A stretch of 64,000 nt of DNA from Candidatus Syntropharchaeum butanivorans. GTDB taxonomy: Archaea; Halobacteriota; Syntropharchaeia; Syntropharchaeales; Syntropharchaeaceae. The DNA is taken from the NCBI GenBank assembly GCA_001766825.1, contig LYOR01000001.1, forward strand, positions 287,746 through 351,745, in the 5' to 3' direction. The first letter of the stretch is position 1. Every line of letters begins with the position of its first letter. A program made the translations under genes and the position numbers. Below the pieces are notes generated by a model that was given only the letters and a program-made list of their open reading frames with translations, ran no database searches and was not told the DNA's origin. This document shows, piece by piece, positions 17,010 to 28,261 of the stretch.

Positions 17010-17564
17010 TTGTCATATTTAAGTCTATCCCAACCACTCAGGAGCTTCACCCTAAGTGGTACCACCATGAGAGCGCTGAGCGAAACGGTTATAAGGTACC
17101 GGGTAGCTGATATCCCGATGACCACCGATAAACTCGTTATAGAGGGGGTCAGAGGGGGGAGGAGAAAGCCGATCTGCCTCTTCCCTTGCTCAGGTTTCAA
17201 CATTCCGGGAGAGGCAGCAAGAAGGGCTTCTGCTATCATCTCAGAAGAGATTTTTCCGGATATCAGTGAAACGCTGGGGATTGTCGAGCTTACAAGGGCG
17301 TTCATCGATGGAAATACCCCTTCCTTCAAGAAGAAGCTTGGAAAACAGAAGGTTATAACTGTAGATGGCTGCTCATATCAGTGTGCACGGGAGTTTATCA
17401 CGAGGTTTCTGAGAATAGAGCCAGAAAGAGAGATTGTGATAGGTTTAGGTGGGAACAGAGAGGAGGAGGCAAGTAAGCTGACCCGAACGAGAAAAGAAGA
17501 TATAGATAGGGCAGTGCTTCTCATCAAGGAATGTATAGAGGAGATATACCCTAAAAGTGGATGA
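17010..17564 (+). CDS. DGC-domain (putative zinc-binding) protein
   Basis: [20 protein letters not shown]...[16 protein letters not shown] matches the DGC-domain pattern (Cys-Ser-Gly...DGC..C). The true start is probably an internal Met (17067 or 17118). Confidence 0.55.
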   Translation: MSYLSLSQPLRSFTLSGTTMRALSETVIRYRVADIPMTTDKLVIEGVRGGRRKPICLFPCSGFNIPGEAARRASAIISEEIFPDISETLGIVELTRAFIDGNTPSFKKKLGKQKVITVDGCSYQCAREFITRFLRIEPEREIVIGLGGNREEEASKLTRTRKEDIDRAVLLIKECIEEIYPKSG

Positions 17565-17618
17565 AGACAGGATAACCCATACCCATTTTTTCTTTTTCAG
17601 ATACCACATCAGTGAGTA

Positions 17619-17703
17619 TGCGGGGGACGAGATTTGAACTCGCGAACTCCTGCGAGACAGGGTCCTAAGCCCTGCGCCTTTGACCTGGCTTGGCAACCCC
17701 CGC
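17619..17703 (-). tRNA. tRNA-Leu (TAG)
   Basis: Minus-strand 85 nt: GCGGGGGTTGCCAAGCCAGGTCAAAGGCGCAGGGCTTAGGACCCTGTCTCGCAGGAGTTCGCGAGTTCAAATCTCGTCCCCCGCA. The acceptor stem is GCGGGGG/CCCCCGC, the anticodon stem-loop is CAGGG-CTTAGGA-CCCTG, and there is a long variable arm. Confidence 0.9.
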
Positions 17704-17731
17704 ACCTACACGAGCATCGAGCCGGATGAGG

Positions 17732-18079
17732 TCATTCACCACCAAGCTTCATTATCGCCTCGACAAGATCTCCGTTGGCACTCTCCAGCGCCTCTCTTGC
17801 CTCTTCCCTACCTGCACCGGTCTTCTCCATCACGATCTGGAGGTCCTCCTCGCTTATATCAGGCCCACAGGAGCGTTCCTCCGGTGTCCCCATGAGCTGG
17901 TAAACCGTTGTCCCATGCGCTTTCATCACCATCACCGTTGGTTCAGGGAAAACAAGCTCCCGATCGCCCATCCTGATGATGACCTCCCTGACATCCTCAA
18001 GCTCATCGAGTGAGACTCCCATCTGCTTCATCATCTGCTTCATCTTCCGGGGATTGACCCCACCCATTCCAGGAAACAT
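17732..18079 (-). CDS. nac: nascent polypeptide-associated complex protein (archaeal NAC)
   Basis: 115 aa. It begins MFPGMGGVNPRKMKQMMKQMG, has a NAC beta-barrel core and ends in a UBA-like tail (EEAREALESANGDLVEAIMKL). Confidence 0.88.
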   Translation of the reverse strand: MFPGMGGVNPRKMKQMMKQMGVSLDELEDVREVIIRMGDRELVFPEPTVMVMKAHGTTVYQLMGTPEERSCGPDISEEDLQIVMEKTGAGREEAREALESANGDLVEAIMKLGGE

Positions 18080-18080
18080 G

Positions 18081-18542
18081 CTACCTTGCTCCTACTCCAG
18101 CTCTAACACTGACCGCCACACCCCTCCTGAACGAGAGCATCTCAGCAGCTGAAAGCAGTGCCTTACCAGTTCCAAGAAGATTATCAGACCGATCAACGAT
18201 GAGTACCTCATCCAGTGCTCGGATCTCAGGATCAACCTCGACCACATGCCTTGCAAATGCGTTCTTACCATCCCTCACGAACCGTGCAGCCTCGTCCCCA
18301 ACTACAACCCGCATCCGGGGGTATGGCAGGTAGCGGTGCAGCATCATCGCACCCTCGATACTTAGAGTGAGTAATCCATCGGTCTTAAGTGTTGCTATCC
18401 TCCTTCCCTGATAGAGGATCTGCCTTATCCTTCCTGTCCTTGAGTAGTGAATCTCAGGTTTCTCTGGAAAAAGGGCTATCCCGGCCCCTCTACCAAATTG
18501 ATAGTTTGCTATAACCCGAACTCTCTTCCAGTCGTCCCTCAT
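18081..18542 (-). CDS. PUA domain-containing RNA-binding protein
   Basis: It has a C-terminal PUA pattern (EVLIVDRSDNLLGTGKALLSAAEM...GVAVSVR) and an N-terminal pre-PUA segment (VIANYQFGRGAG). I place the start at ATG 18542, which overlaps the upstream gene by 53 nt. Confidence 0.6.
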   Translation of the reverse strand: MRDDWKRVRVIANYQFGRGAGIALFPEKPEIHYSRTGRIRQILYQGRRIATLKTDGLLTLSIEGAMMLHRYLPYPRMRVVVGDEAARFVRDGKNAFARHVVEVDPEIRALDEVLIVDRSDNLLGTGKALLSAAEMLSFRRGVAVSVRAGVGAR

Positions 18543-19278
18543 CAAGACCCCGCTTGATCTCCTCAACCGCCGCTTCCAGATTTTTCCTGTTATCAAAGGC
18601 ATATACAAAGTATAAAAGATCGATCACCCGTGTATACCTGAAGCTCTTCGCGCTCTTGATCATATTCGGGATGGCCCGGACGACATTATCAACGATTGAG
18701 ATGTGAGCCATCCTGGATGTACGGGAGAATGGATTTAGATCGATCGCGATCACGGTCTTCCCCATACCAATGAGTGCCTCACATCTATCCCCATCCTCAA
18801 GTGGAACAAGGACCGTATCTGCACTGAATATCCCCTCCTTTGAGACCTTCGCCCGTTCACTCGAGAGACCTGGTATAGTTGCATCAGGGTTTAGCCCGAG
18901 AACATCCTTTGCACCGAAGCTCTCAAGGTACTCCTTGATTCTCGCCACCCGTTCCTCAGTCCTGTGGAAGAGATTCACCTCTATCTTCGCCCCTACAAGC
19001 TCGGCAAGCTCAACAATCCCTCCTGGAACAAGAGCTGCAGTGTTACCATTAACCGATATTACAGGGTTTTTCGAGGTGAGAAGCGCGGCAACAGCTGCCT
19101 CTTCTGCCTCTAACGCACTTGGAAGCGTCTTTTCACCAATAAGATAATCTATCGCCTCTCCCCGTCCGTGTGCTATAAGCCCCTGCCTGCTCGTAATCCC
19201 TGCTTCGACACATCTTGTTATCTCCTCCCGCAGTGCCAGCGACTCGTAGCGGGGATGATCCTTTGGAATCTCTGTCAT
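18490..19278 (-). CDS. 4-phosphopantoate--beta-alanine ligase (archaeal phosphopantothenate synthetase)
   Basis: 262 aa. HPRYESLALREEI...GLIAHGRGEAIDYLIGEKT is the hallmark N-terminus of the archaeal PPS (COG1701) family as I recall it. Confidence 0.72.
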   Translation of the reverse strand: MTEIPKDHPRYESLALREEITRCVEAGITSRQGLIAHGRGEAIDYLIGEKTLPSALEAEEAAVAALLTSKNPVISVNGNTAALVPGGIVELAELVGAKIEVNLFHRTEERVARIKEYLESFGAKDVLGLNPDATIPGLSSERAKVSKEGIFSADTVLVPLEDGDRCEALIGMGKTVIAIDLNPFSRTSRMAHISIVDNVVRAIPNMIKSAKSFRYTRVIDLLYFVYAFDNRKNLEAAVEEIKRGLDEGRLEESSGYSKLSIW

Positions 19279-19377
19279 CCTATAAGTGGCATGCTCACGA
19301 CGTAGATAAAGCTAACTGATGGAGGGTCGGTGGTAAGATTTAATAGTTCTGCGGTCAGAAGAAGGACGGTGAATGAG

Positions 19378-19959
19378 ATGGAGATATGTGGTAGTAAGGC
19401 TGTGGGTGAGTATCTTAACATAAACAGGATCGTACTGGCGTTTTTATTTGCAGGATTGACAGGGATTGCTGCCCAGATCAGGATTCCTTTACCTTTCACA
19501 CCCGTCCCGATAACAGGGCAGGTTCTCTTTGTTCTTCTCTCCGGGGTTATGATTGGAAGATACGGTGGGTTGAGCCAGCTCATCTACGTAGGTGCTGGTG
19601 CGGCCGGAGTACCGTGGTTCAGCAACTTTTCAGGTGGTGCATCGGTGCTTGGGGGCGTTACAGGGGGTTACCTCATCGGTTTTGTCGTTGCAGCATTTCT
19701 AATCGGAAGCGCTATCGAGGCCTATCCATCGATCACAGGAAACGTCAGAGAGCTATTTTTCCTGATGCTTGCAGGTCTCGGTGTGATATATCTCTTTGGG
19801 GTCATCCAGCTTTCACTTGTTCTTGGAGCTGGGATGAGAGAGGCAATCGCACTCGGGGCAGCTCCTTTCATCGCGGGTGATATCCTGAAGGCGACCGTTG
19901 CAACTGGCATAGCTGCAGGATATGGCCACGGGATCAGAATAATCCGAGGGTCAGTATGA
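19378..19959 (+). CDS. bioY: biotin transporter BioY
   Basis: Contains IRIPLPFTPVPITGQVLFVLLSGVMIGRYGG, GGYLIGF and APFIAGDILKA, and is multi-TM. The start is placed at the internal ATG 19378. Confidence 0.8.
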   Translation: MEICGSKAVGEYLNINRIVLAFLFAGLTGIAAQIRIPLPFTPVPITGQVLFVLLSGVMIGRYGGLSQLIYVGAGAAGVPWFSNFSGGASVLGGVTGGYLIGFVVAAFLIGSAIEAYPSITGNVRELFFLMLAGLGVIYLFGVIQLSLVLGAGMREAIALGAAPFIAGDILKATVATGIAAGYGHGIRIIRGSV

Positions 19960-21178
19960 TTGAGAGGATCCCGATCAGATCGATCGTGCTTGATGTAAGA
20001 GGAATTGAGTGGATATCAGGATCTGCACCCAGTTTGAAAGAGGCGCCTGCAACCATATAGGCGATCGCGCTGACCGCGAGCGTGGAGATAATCCCCGCGA
20101 TAAGGCTCATCGCGATAAGCACCAGTGGACCGGGGGAGGTGAAGCCCAGTACCTCCCCGAGTACATGGGTGAGTAGCCCAACGAGAGGGAAAATAATCAA
20201 TGAAAAGGCATAAATCGCGATGAAATTCTTAATTGCAGCCCTTTCCGGGATTTTACGAGGGTAGATGATACCCATGTGAAGCATCGAGGAGAGCCTTGCT
20301 GCGAGGATGCCCCCGAGGGCGTTGTTCACACCCAGGAATGGTGGTATCAGAACGAGAATTGCTGCAAGCTTGATCATCACCTCAAGTCTTGTGTGAATGA
20401 GAAAGCCCCCGAATGAGCCTATGGTTGACGTGAAAAGCAGTAAAGGAACACTCTCTTTGAATATCCTGCTCACAAGTCCCCCTTCTCTGATGCCGCATGC
20501 AAAAATCGGGATTGTGGTGATGAGTACCATCCCTGAGATGAGATCCAGTCCCATAGGATGCATTGAGATCTTCATTGCAGATATCGCGGCGATATACAGT
20601 GCCGGGATTGTGACAACGTCACCAAATGCGGTTATCATGGGAGCTGAGAAGTTATCGATGTCCCACCCCTTGCTGAACCCGATTATTGATATGGCCACAA
20701 CGATAGGAAGGAGAAGAATCGCCGAGATGATCCCACCCAGAAACGATATGAAGATGTACTCACTGATCGTGAGGGCTTCATGGCCGAAGGTATATGCAAC
20801 AAGTTTTGCAACGACACCCAGGATGACAGAGAGAAAAAGGGTCAAAAGAACCGATGCTTTGAGGTTTTTCGCGAGAACTGTATCTTTCATGAGGGATGGT
20901 GTAAATGTACCCATGTGCATCGAGGTCCCAAGCCGCGATGCAAGTGCGCCATAGACATTACCGCGCATACCCATCGCGGGTGGAACGAGGATTACAAGCC
21001 CTGGAAGAAGCTCGAGGATGTTGCCGAGTGATCCAAGCTCAATCCCTGCTATGAGGTCTCCAAGAATGCATATAATCAGACCGAGCGATCCATACCTGAA
21101 GAGGTCTGAGAACTCCTCTGAAAATGCAAAGGCACGGCTCATTAAGGATACAGTTACCTTTTTCTTTCTTCCTGCCAT
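19934..21178 (-). CDS. MgtE-family divalent cation transporter membrane protein (duplicated TM domain)
   Basis: 414-aa polytopic ORF with two copies of the MgtE integral-membrane pattern (PGLVILVPPAMGMRGNVYGALASRLGTSMHMG and LVLIPPFLGVNNALGGILAARLSSMLHMG). Confidence 0.7.
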   Translation of the reverse strand: MAGRKKKVTVSLMSRAFAFSEEFSDLFRYGSLGLIICILGDLIAGIELGSLGNILELLPGLVILVPPAMGMRGNVYGALASRLGTSMHMGTFTPSLMKDTVLAKNLKASVLLTLFLSVILGVVAKLVAYTFGHEALTISEYIFISFLGGIISAILLLPIVVAISIIGFSKGWDIDNFSAPMITAFGDVVTIPALYIAAISAMKISMHPMGLDLISGMVLITTIPIFACGIREGGLVSRIFKESVPLLLFTSTIGSFGGFLIHTRLEVMIKLAAILVLIPPFLGVNNALGGILAARLSSMLHMGIIYPRKIPERAAIKNFIAIYAFSLIIFPLVGLLTHVLGEVLGFTSPGPLVLIAMSLIAGIISTLAVSAIAYMVAGASFKLGADPDIHSIPLTSSTIDLIGILSIILTLGLF

Positions 21179-21602
21179 GCCATATACCTCGCACTATCTT
21201 CTTATCTGGTGGATCGCTCGTACCGTCTCCCATTTGATCACACATAACTTCCATAGGCTACCCCTCTTATCTTGGATGATGAATAAATATCTATTGATAC
21301 CCCTTTCAGAGGGAGGTTTTTGAGGTGGGAGGTGGAGTGTGCACCCAGATGGAGAAGAGGGAGGAGGCTGGAAGAGGTTTACGGGCCCCTTGAGCTTCTG
21401 AAGCGATCGGGATGCACCGGTGGACCACGCGCCCCACCCCACGTATGGCAGGAGTTTCCTGCAGTAGGTCTTATCCCCTCATTAGTAATAAACTTTTTGG
21501 TAATAGTAACATTAAATTAGAAAATAATGGCCAATAAAGAGTAATGTGATCGATCATGATCTGCTGTATGTACTGGGGTTTAAGGGGTTTTCAAAGCGCT
21601 CT

Positions 21603-22109
21603 TCAATATATCGTCAACCCTTTAACAGCAGGGATCGCCTTTAGATCGCGGATCAGCTCTGGTGGCACATCCGGATCTGTCACGATCGTGAGTCTCGGGT
21701 TATCAACGAGGTATGGATCATCTGATACCGCCTGACGTATGGAGAGTCCGTATGATGCGATTGTTCCTGTCACAGCCCCGAGTATGCCAACATCCCTCGC
21801 ATCATGCGGCTCGATCACGATAACAGCCAGGTTAAGAAGGGGTGCGACATCCCGAAGGAGTGGGATCGACCTCATATTCTCGAATATCTCCCTTAAATGT
21901 TCATCCTCCATGATGTTTCTGACGGTGGTATCAACAACCCTCCGATCAACACCCACCGCCCTTGCAGCATCTGTGTGTGAGATCTCAATCGAACCTGCCC
22001 TGATACGCCCATTAGGGCTTATCCCAAACCCATACTCAAGCATCAAAGATATCACACGCTGCTGTGCAGGAAAGCGATCAAACCTGCTCAGTATTTCACT
22101 CCACATCAT
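21603..22109 (-). CDS. ACT-domain putative regulator (COG2150-like)
   Basis: 168 aa. It has an N-terminal HTH-like segment and a C-terminal ACT-like segment (LNLAVIVIEPHDARDVGILGAVTGTIASYGLSIRQ). Confidence 0.5.
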   Translation of the reverse strand: MMWSEILSRFDRFPAQQRVISLMLEYGFGISPNGRIRAGSIEISHTDAARAVGVDRRVVDTTVRNIMEDEHLREIFENMRSIPLLRDVAPLLNLAVIVIEPHDARDVGILGAVTGTIASYGLSIRQAVSDDPYLVDNPRLTIVTDPDVPPELIRDLKAIPAVKGLTIY

Positions 22110-22824
22110 GATCCCCCTTTACATCCCCTATCCTGCCTATGAACGTCCCATCGAGAAGATACACCTCTGCCTCATCTATCCTGAGTACTCTGGATGTCAT
22201 CGGTCCTAAAAGATCTTCTTCGTGCCCGGCATTGAACGTGATACCCCCGCATAACTCGTTAAACGCTGGCATGATCATGCAGCACGGATCTTTCCAGCTT
22301 TGCAGCGAGGGATAGTGATCTTTCAGCACACTGAACTCGCACTTTGCACGGATCCAGACCCGCTCATGGATCGTGTACCCGAATGTGTCTTTAAACTGGA
22401 TGACCGGATGGTTATGCCCCATAATCAGATGCTCTGCCTCGAGAACCTCTTCAGAAGGCCATGCATGTCCGTGGAAGTACCCGACTCCATCTATCACTGC
22501 TCCTCCAGTGCCGTGGAGTATGACATTCGGTGTATCCGGGAGGAGGTCTCTGATCCTGCCATCATGGTTTCCAGGGATGATCTCAACCTGTGTATGCTTT
22601 GAAATCTGCTCGATGAGTGCCAGGATGCCCTTCTCCTCCACCCTTGTTACCTGAGGAATGTTATGCTTGATATCCCCAAGAAGCACAACTCTATCAGGAT
22701 TTCTCTCAAGTATGTAACCAAGAATCCGATTCAGTATCTTCTGTGTCTGATCCGGAAGGTGTAACCCGAATTGTGATAGCTCAACCTCGATACCAAGGTG
22801 TATATCTGCCATTACAAGTGTCAT
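22096..22824 (-). CDS. metallophosphoesterase
   Basis: Calcineurin-like motifs in order: ADIHLG, LLGDIKH, GNHD, HGH and GHNHP. Confidence 0.8.
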   Translation of the reverse strand: MTLVMADIHLGIEVELSQFGLHLPDQTQKILNRILGYILERNPDRVVLLGDIKHNIPQVTRVEEKGILALIEQISKHTQVEIIPGNHDGRIRDLLPDTPNVILHGTGGAVIDGVGYFHGHAWPSEEVLEAEHLIMGHNHPVIQFKDTFGYTIHERVWIRAKCEFSVLKDHYPSLQSWKDPCCMIMPAFNELCGGITFNAGHEEDLLGPMTSRVLRIDEAEVYLLDGTFIGRIGDVKGDHDVE

Positions 22825-22893
22825 CTCCCGGTTCTTAACAACAGCAACCGGCTCTCCTGCTACCGGATTTATCTCAGGCGTCAGGACTCCTCC

Positions 22894-24072
22894 TCAGATG
22901 GAGAATATGTGAACGATCGCGGTACCTCCTGTCCCACCAACATTATGGGTGAGCCCGATCTCTGCACCATCAACCTGTCGCTTACCTGCCTCACCCCGCA
23001 GCTGCCATACGATCTCAATCGCCTGCCTCACACCGGTTGCCCCTAAGGGGTTCCCACACCCCTTAAGACCGCCACTTGTGTTGATCGGTATCTCGCCATC
23101 AAGCCTTGTTGCACCCCGTTCCAGGGCCTTTCCACCCTCCCCCTTCCTGAAGAAGCCAAGATCCTCGATCGCCATTATCTCCGATATCGTATAGCTGTCG
23201 TGCACCTCTGCAAGATCGATATCCCCGGGTGTGATTCCCGCGATCTCAAATGCCTTTCTTGCAGCATGCACCGTTGCATCCATCGTCGTTATGTCCCTGC
23301 GATCATGCAACGCGATTGTATCACTTGCCTGAGTTGAGGCGAGCACCTTAACCGGGGTGTCTGTGTATCTTCTCGCTATATCGAGTGGAGCGAGAACGCA
23401 GGCTGCTGCACCATCTGCAATCGAGGAGCAATCAAGAAGACGGAGTGGTTCTGCAACTTTTCCCGCGTTAAGAACCGCATCCAGGCTGATCTTATTTTGA
23501 AACTGCGCAATCGGGTTGTAAGATGCGTTATCATGGTTTTTAACACTCACCATCGCCATTTCTTCGCGGGTTGTACCATACCGCTTCATATGCGCCCTTG
23601 CCATCATCGCGAAGAGCCCTGCAAGTGTTGCACCGTAAAAGCCCTCCCACTCACGATCGGTACACGATGCAAGCGCATCCTCTGCAAGTCCTGCAGAAAC
23701 ATCTGTCATCTTCTCAACGCCTGCAGCGACCACGATATCATGCCATCCGGAGGCAACCGCCATAATCCCACACCGAAGTGCAAGCGCGCCCGATGCACAT
23801 CCTGCCTCAACCCGTGTGGAAGGGATGTGAAGCTCTGATGCAAGCCCTGCATGATCCACAACCAGCGCTCCAACATGCTCCTGCTCGATGAACCTGCCTG
23901 CACTCATATTCCCGAGGTATATAGCATCGATATCCTCACCCCGGATCCCTGCATCCTCAACAGCCAGAAGACCTGCCTCAACAAAGAGGTCCCTGAATGA
24001 GTGATCCCAGAGTTCCCCGAAACGGGTGCATCCAACCCCAATAATCGCAACATCCCTCATAGAAAACCTCAC
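22894..24072 (-). CDS. thiolase (acetyl-CoA C-acetyltransferase, archaeal type)
   Basis: 392 aa with archaeal thiolase blocks, including an active-site Cys context ([12 protein letters not shown]) and C-terminal [17 protein letters not shown]. Confidence 0.88.
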   Translation of the reverse strand: MRFSMRDVAIIGVGCTRFGELWDHSFRDLFVEAGLLAVEDAGIRGEDIDAIYLGNMSAGRFIEQEHVGALVVDHAGLASELHIPSTRVEAGCASGALALRCGIMAVASGWHDIVVAAGVEKMTDVSAGLAEDALASCTDREWEGFYGATLAGLFAMMARAHMKRYGTTREEMAMVSVKNHDNASYNPIAQFQNKISLDAVLNAGKVAEPLRLLDCSSIADGAAACVLAPLDIARRYTDTPVKVLASTQASDTIALHDRRDITTMDATVHAARKAFEIAGITPGDIDLAEVHDSYTISEIMAIEDLGFFRKGEGGKALERGATRLDGEIPINTSGGLKGCGNPLGATGVRQAIEIVWQLRGEAGKRQVDGAEIGLTHNVGGTGGTAIVHIFSI

Positions 24073-25115
24073 AGGATGATTTTTCCCTTATGCTTGGCAT
24101 AAAGCCCATAATCAAGATATGTGCGCCTTGAAAGAAGCTCCTCAACCTTCGGTGCACGATCACGTATCTCTTTGATCCGGTCTGTAACACGCAGACTGAA
24201 CGAATCAGAACCTGCTCCTGATCCAAAAGATGTTAAGAGGATCCTTGAGCCGGGATCTGCCACATCAAGCGTTGCAGCAAGCCCGATGAGTGATGATGCA
24301 GAATAGGTATTGCCGATCTTTCGCACGATGAGGCCATGCTCGATCTGCTCCATCGTGAATCCGAGCTTCCTTGCAACCCTCACAGGAAACTTCCCGTTTG
24401 GCTGGTGGAATACCGCATAGTCAAAATCAGATGGCTCTGCACCGATTCGATCAAGAAGCCTGAGTGTTGCACCTGTAACATGCTTGAAATAGGCAGGCTC
24501 CCCTGTGAACCTCCCCCCGTGTGATGGATATTCTGCCCCTTCTCGCCTCCAGAAGTCTGGCGTGTCTGTCGTGAACGAACAGGTGTCCTCGATCTCAACG
24601 ACAAACTCAGCAGGATTGCTCCCTATCACAAATGCGGCACCACCGGCTGCAGCGCCATACTCAAGCGCATCCCCCGGTGCACCCTGGGATGTGTCCGCTC
24701 CCACCGCAAGCCCACAATCGATCATTCCTGATGCGGTCATCCCCATCAAAACCTGTATCGCAGCAGTCCCAGCCTTACATGCAAACTCAAAATCTGCGGC
24801 GGTTATCTTATTCTCAGCTCCTATAGCCTCTGATAGAATCGTTGCGGTAGGTTTAACAGCATAAGGATGGCTCTCTGAACCCACATAGATGGCACCGATT
24901 CTGCTCACATCGATAGAAGCCCTCTTTATCGCATACCTTGAAGCCTCGACCGAGATTGTGACCGTATCCTCATCAAGATCCGGGACTGACTTCTCATAGA
25001 TGTTGAGGCCGCTCTTTATCTCATCAGCGACCTTTCCCCACGTCTTTGCAATCTCCTCGATCCTGATCCTGTATCTGGGTATATAGACCCCATAACTTAT
25101 GATTCCAGTCCTCAT
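24069..25115 (-). CDS. hydroxymethylglutaryl-CoA synthase
   Basis: It has [34 protein letters not shown] (catalytic Cys) and FHQPNGKFP. The start is placed at ATG 25115 (349 aa). Its stop overlaps the thiolase start. Confidence 0.88.
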   Translation of the reverse strand: MRTGIISYGVYIPRYRIRIEEIAKTWGKVADEIKSGLNIYEKSVPDLDEDTVTISVEASRYAIKRASIDVSRIGAIYVGSESHPYAVKPTATILSEAIGAENKITAADFEFACKAGTAAIQVLMGMTASGMIDCGLAVGADTSQGAPGDALEYGAAAGGAAFVIGSNPAEFVVEIEDTCSFTTDTPDFWRREGAEYPSHGGRFTGEPAYFKHVTGATLRLLDRIGAEPSDFDYAVFHQPNGKFPVRVARKLGFTMEQIEHGLIVRKIGNTYSASSLIGLAATLDVADPGSRILLTSFGSGAGSDSFSLRVTDRIKEIRDRAPKVEELLSRRTYLDYGLYAKHKGKIIL

Positions 25116-25168
25116 CCAGGATAATAATTCTCCGTAAGGTTGATAAACTTTTACCATGAAGTTCAAGT

Positions 25169-26023
25169 ATGAAAAAGCTCCTTGGTCTGGTCGGTTCTGC
25201 AAGAAAGAATGGTAACACAGAAGTCCTGATAAAAGAGGCATTGATGGCTGCAGAGGAGGAAGGTGCAGAGGTGGGGATGATCAGACTCACCGATCTTTCG
25301 ATCAAGCCATGCAAAGGGTGCATGGCATGCGTCTTCAAAGATGAAGGATGCTGGATTGAGGATGATGTCGAATGGCTCTTTGAACAGATGGTTGAGGCAG
25401 ACGGGATCATTCTTGGTGCGCCAACATACTTTCTCGGTGCAGCGGGGATCGTCAAGCTTTTCACCGACCGTATCCTTCAGTTCGCAACCCGTCTTGACAG
25501 GATGCGGGGGAAGGTTGGGGCAACGATTGCCGTAGCAGGACTTCCAGAATGGGAGGCATTTACCATCCCGATCCTCAACACATGCCTTCTTGCCCTGAAT
25601 GTAAGGCTCATAGGGACACTCATGGCATATGCCCCCGGACCTGGTCAGATACTCCTTGATGAAAAGGCGGTTGAAGGGGCAAAGACGATCGGTAAACGGC
25701 TTGTTTCAGGATCAAAGTACGATGGATTCAGGGGGCTCTGCCCCACATGCCATACAGATCTTCTGCGTATCACAGAAGATGGTGCCGTTTGCCCTGTATG
25801 TGATGCAAAAGCCGCAATTATCATTGAGGATGGATCCATCAGGGTTGAGTATGAGGAGGAGACGGTCTTAAATCACAGATGGACAGAGGAGAAATTTGAG
25901 GCACACCTGAACAACTGGATACGTGCGACAGAAGGGATGTTCAAGGCAAGGCTTGATGAGATAAAGGCCCTCAGCCGCAAGTACCGTGAATATGATCGCT
26001 GGATAGATATTCCCCGACAATGA
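25169..26023 (+). CDS. flavodoxin-like NAD(P)H-dependent FMN reductase / iron-sulfur flavoprotein-like protein with C-terminal zinc ribbon
   Basis: The N-terminus is [17 protein letters not shown]...CKGCMAC. A CPTCH...CPVCD ribbon lies near residues 190-210. Confidence 0.7.
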   Translation: MKKLLGLVGSARKNGNTEVLIKEALMAAEEEGAEVGMIRLTDLSIKPCKGCMACVFKDEGCWIEDDVEWLFEQMVEADGIILGAPTYFLGAAGIVKLFTDRILQFATRLDRMRGKVGATIAVAGLPEWEAFTIPILNTCLLALNVRLIGTLMAYAPGPGQILLDEKAVEGAKTIGKRLVSGSKYDGFRGLCPTCHTDLLRITEDGAVCPVCDAKAAIIIEDGSIRVEYEEETVLNHRWTEEKFEAHLNNWIRATEGMFKARLDEIKALSRKYREYDRWIDIPRQ

Positions 26024-26766
26024 AGATAGAGGGGGTTCTCTTTGATATCTACGGCACTCTGATCTACGTTTCAGAGGAATCGATAAGAATGAGAAGCGGG
26101 ATTATCTCACGGTATCTGGAAAGGTATGGCATCCATCTCCAACCGGAGGATGTGGCACTTGAGGCGGCACACAGATGGATTGAGTTCTCGAAGGGTGAGT
26201 TTGCGGATGTTTACGAGTACTTCAGCGCGGTTCTATCAGGCTTAACAGGCCAGAGTGACTTTGATGAGGAGTTCATGGAAGGGCTTATCGAGGTCGGGGC
26301 ACTTGAATCAGAGGCAGAGCTTCTCCCAAACGTCGTTGAGACACTTGAATCACTTAAGAAGCTCGGAATCAAGCTGGGTGTGGTCTCAAACGCACCATGT
26401 TTCTATGCGATGCGGGATCTCAGGGCGCTCGGGTTGCTTGAGTACTTTGATGCGATCGGGGTCTCGTCACGATGGAAGATCACAAAACCGGATCCAGAGA
26501 TATTCTTAAGAGCTGCCGATTCACTCGGTCTCAAACCACAGAATGTGATTGTCGTTGGGAACGACCCGATTGAGGATGTTAAAGGGGCAAAGCTTGCCGG
26601 CATGAGATCTGTACTTCTTATACCACCGATTGAAGGGATGTGGTCCACAAGCAGGGCCGTATTTGGCGAGTGCGATGATGAGATTGAGTGTGAGCCAGAT
26701 TGTGTCATCGAGGACCTCAGTGAGATACTTGAGATCATCCAGAATGTGGGAAGCCAAGATATTTAA
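26020..26766 (+). CDS. HAD-superfamily hydrolase
   Basis: HAD motifs I-IV are present: [15 protein letters not shown](x)PDPEIF and [17 protein letters not shown]. Confidence 0.75.
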   Translation: MKIEGVLFDIYGTLIYVSEESIRMRSGIISRYLERYGIHLQPEDVALEAAHRWIEFSKGEFADVYEYFSAVLSGLTGQSDFDEEFMEGLIEVGALESEAELLPNVVETLESLKKLGIKLGVVSNAPCFYAMRDLRALGLLEYFDAIGVSSRWKITKPDPEIFLRAADSLGLKPQNVIVVGNDPIEDVKGAKLAGMRSVLLIPPIEGMWSTSRAVFGECDDEIECEPDCVIEDLSEILEIIQNVGSQDI

Positions 26767-26801
26767 AAGAGGACGATTATTTAAATGGTGGAGGAAGAAG
26801 T

Positions 26802-27554
26802 ATGCAGATGATGCCACAGATGGGGTATGATAGGGCAATTACCGTTTTCAGCCCGGATGGACGTTTATTTCAGGTAGAATATGCCCGGGAGGCTGTTAAA
26901 AGAGGGACGACAGCAGTAGGTATAAAGGCAAAAGATGGTGTCGTCCTGCTGGTGGATAAGCGTGTTACAAGCCGGTTGCTTGAGGCAGAATCGATCGAAA
27001 AGATATTTCAGATCGATGAACATATAGGCGTTGCAACCTCCGGGCTTGTAGCAGATGCAAGAGCACTCGTTGATCGTGGGAGGGTTGAGGCCCAGATCAA
27101 CAAGGTTGTCTATGATGAGGCGATAGGTGTGGAGGTTCTTGCAAAGAAGATATGTGATTACAAGCAGACTTACACGCAATTTGGTGGTGTGAGGCCATTT
27201 GGAACGGCACTTCTCATTGCAGGTGTGGAGAGAGATATGGTAAGGCTCTTTGAGACCGATCCAAGTGGTGCACTGCTTGAGTATAAAGCAACAGCCATAG
27301 GTGCAGGTAGAAGCGAAGTTATGGAGTACTTTGAAGAGCACTACGATGAGGATATCACCTTAGAGGATGCGATCCTCCTCGGGCTTGATGTCCTCCACTC
27401 GATAACAGAAGGTAGATTTGATGTTGATACAATCGAGGTTGGCGTGATCGAGCTTGCGACAAAGAAGTTCAGAATGCTTGACAGGGAGGAGCTTGGAGGG
27501 TATCTTCAGACTATCAGGGAGCGCCACGCCGAGGAGGAGAAAGAGGAATCATAA
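26802..27554 (+). CDS. psmA: proteasome subunit alpha
   Basis: [35 protein letters not shown] is the canonical alpha-subunit N-terminus. Confidence 0.93.
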   Translation: MQMMPQMGYDRAITVFSPDGRLFQVEYAREAVKRGTTAVGIKAKDGVVLLVDKRVTSRLLEAESIEKIFQIDEHIGVATSGLVADARALVDRGRVEAQINKVVYDEAIGVEVLAKKICDYKQTYTQFGGVRPFGTALLIAGVERDMVRLFETDPSGALLEYKATAIGAGRSEVMEYFEEHYDEDITLEDAILLGLDVLHSITEGRFDVDTIEVGVIELATKKFRMLDREELGGYLQTIRERHAEEEKEES

Positions 27555-27556
27555 CA

Positions 27557-28261
27557 ATGGTAAGCCTCGATGATGCGGTTGTTGCAAGGCTCAAGCGTCA
27601 GGGTCTGACGTTTGAGATTCTTGTAGATCCAGAACTTGCATTATCATGCAGACAGGGAGAGGACCCGCCGACTGATAAGTTACTTGCGGTTGAGGAGGTC
27701 TTTGAGGATGCATCACGTGGTGATCGAGCATCTGAGGCAGATCTGAGGAAGGTATTTGGGACGCTGGATCTATCAGCGATCGTAAAACGGATAATAAGAG
27801 AGGGAGAAGTGCAGCTAACATCTGCACAACGAAGACAGATGCAGGAGGAGAAGAAAAGGCAGATTATCAATATTATCGCGCGAAACGGTATAAATCCCCA
27901 GACGATGACACCACACCCCCCTCAGCGGATTGAACGTGCAATGGAGGAGGCGGGAGTCCACATAGACCCATTCAAACGGACAGAGGATCTGGTCAACGAG
28001 GTAATGAAGGCGATAAGACCGATCATTCCGATCAGGTTTGAGGAGGTTTCAGTCGCGGTGAAGATTCCTGCACCTTACACCTCAGGCATCTATGAGCTTA
28101 AGAAGCTTGGAGATCTGATACAGGAGGAGTGGCAGCAAGATGGATCGTGGATCGGGGTGTTTGAGATTCCTGCCGGGATACAGGATGAGTTTTATCGTTT
28201 CATTAACCGATTTACAAAGGGTGAAGCCGAGACGAGGTTACTGAAGAAGAAGGTGACGTGA
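27557..28261 (+). CDS. ribosome maturation protein SBDS/Sdo1
   Basis: 234 aa starting [22 protein letters not shown], in the conserved position between psmA and rrp4 in the archaeal superoperon. Confidence 0.85.
   Translation: MVSLDDAVVARLKRQGLTFEILVDPELALSCRQGEDPPTDKLLAVEEVFEDASRGDRASEADLRKVFGTLDLSAIVKRIIREGEVQLTSAQRRQMQEEKKRQIINIIARNGINPQTMTPHPPQRIERAMEEAGVHIDPFKRTEDLVNEVMKAIRPIIPIRFEEVSVAVKIPAPYTSGIYELKKLGDLIQEEWQQDGSWIGVFEIPAGIQDEFYRFINRFTKGEAETRLLKKKVT

Noticed and set aside
21179-21602. A ~420-bp region without a convincing ORF, with a G-rich segment (GAGGTGGGAGGTGGAGTGTGCACCC...GCGCCCCACCCCAC); could it be SRP RNA, RNase P RNA or a riboswitch upstream of the MgtE-like gene?
   Set aside because: I could not find the conserved SRP helix-8 motif (GGAA tetraloop flanked by AGCA) or the RNase P P4 sequence (GAGGAAAGUCC). 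Only a short possible terminal pairing (GGTGGG/CCCACC) is present. The listed 82-aa and 66-aa ORFs look non-coding. I leave it as an unassigned intergenic/promoter region. An Rfam cmscan would settle it.
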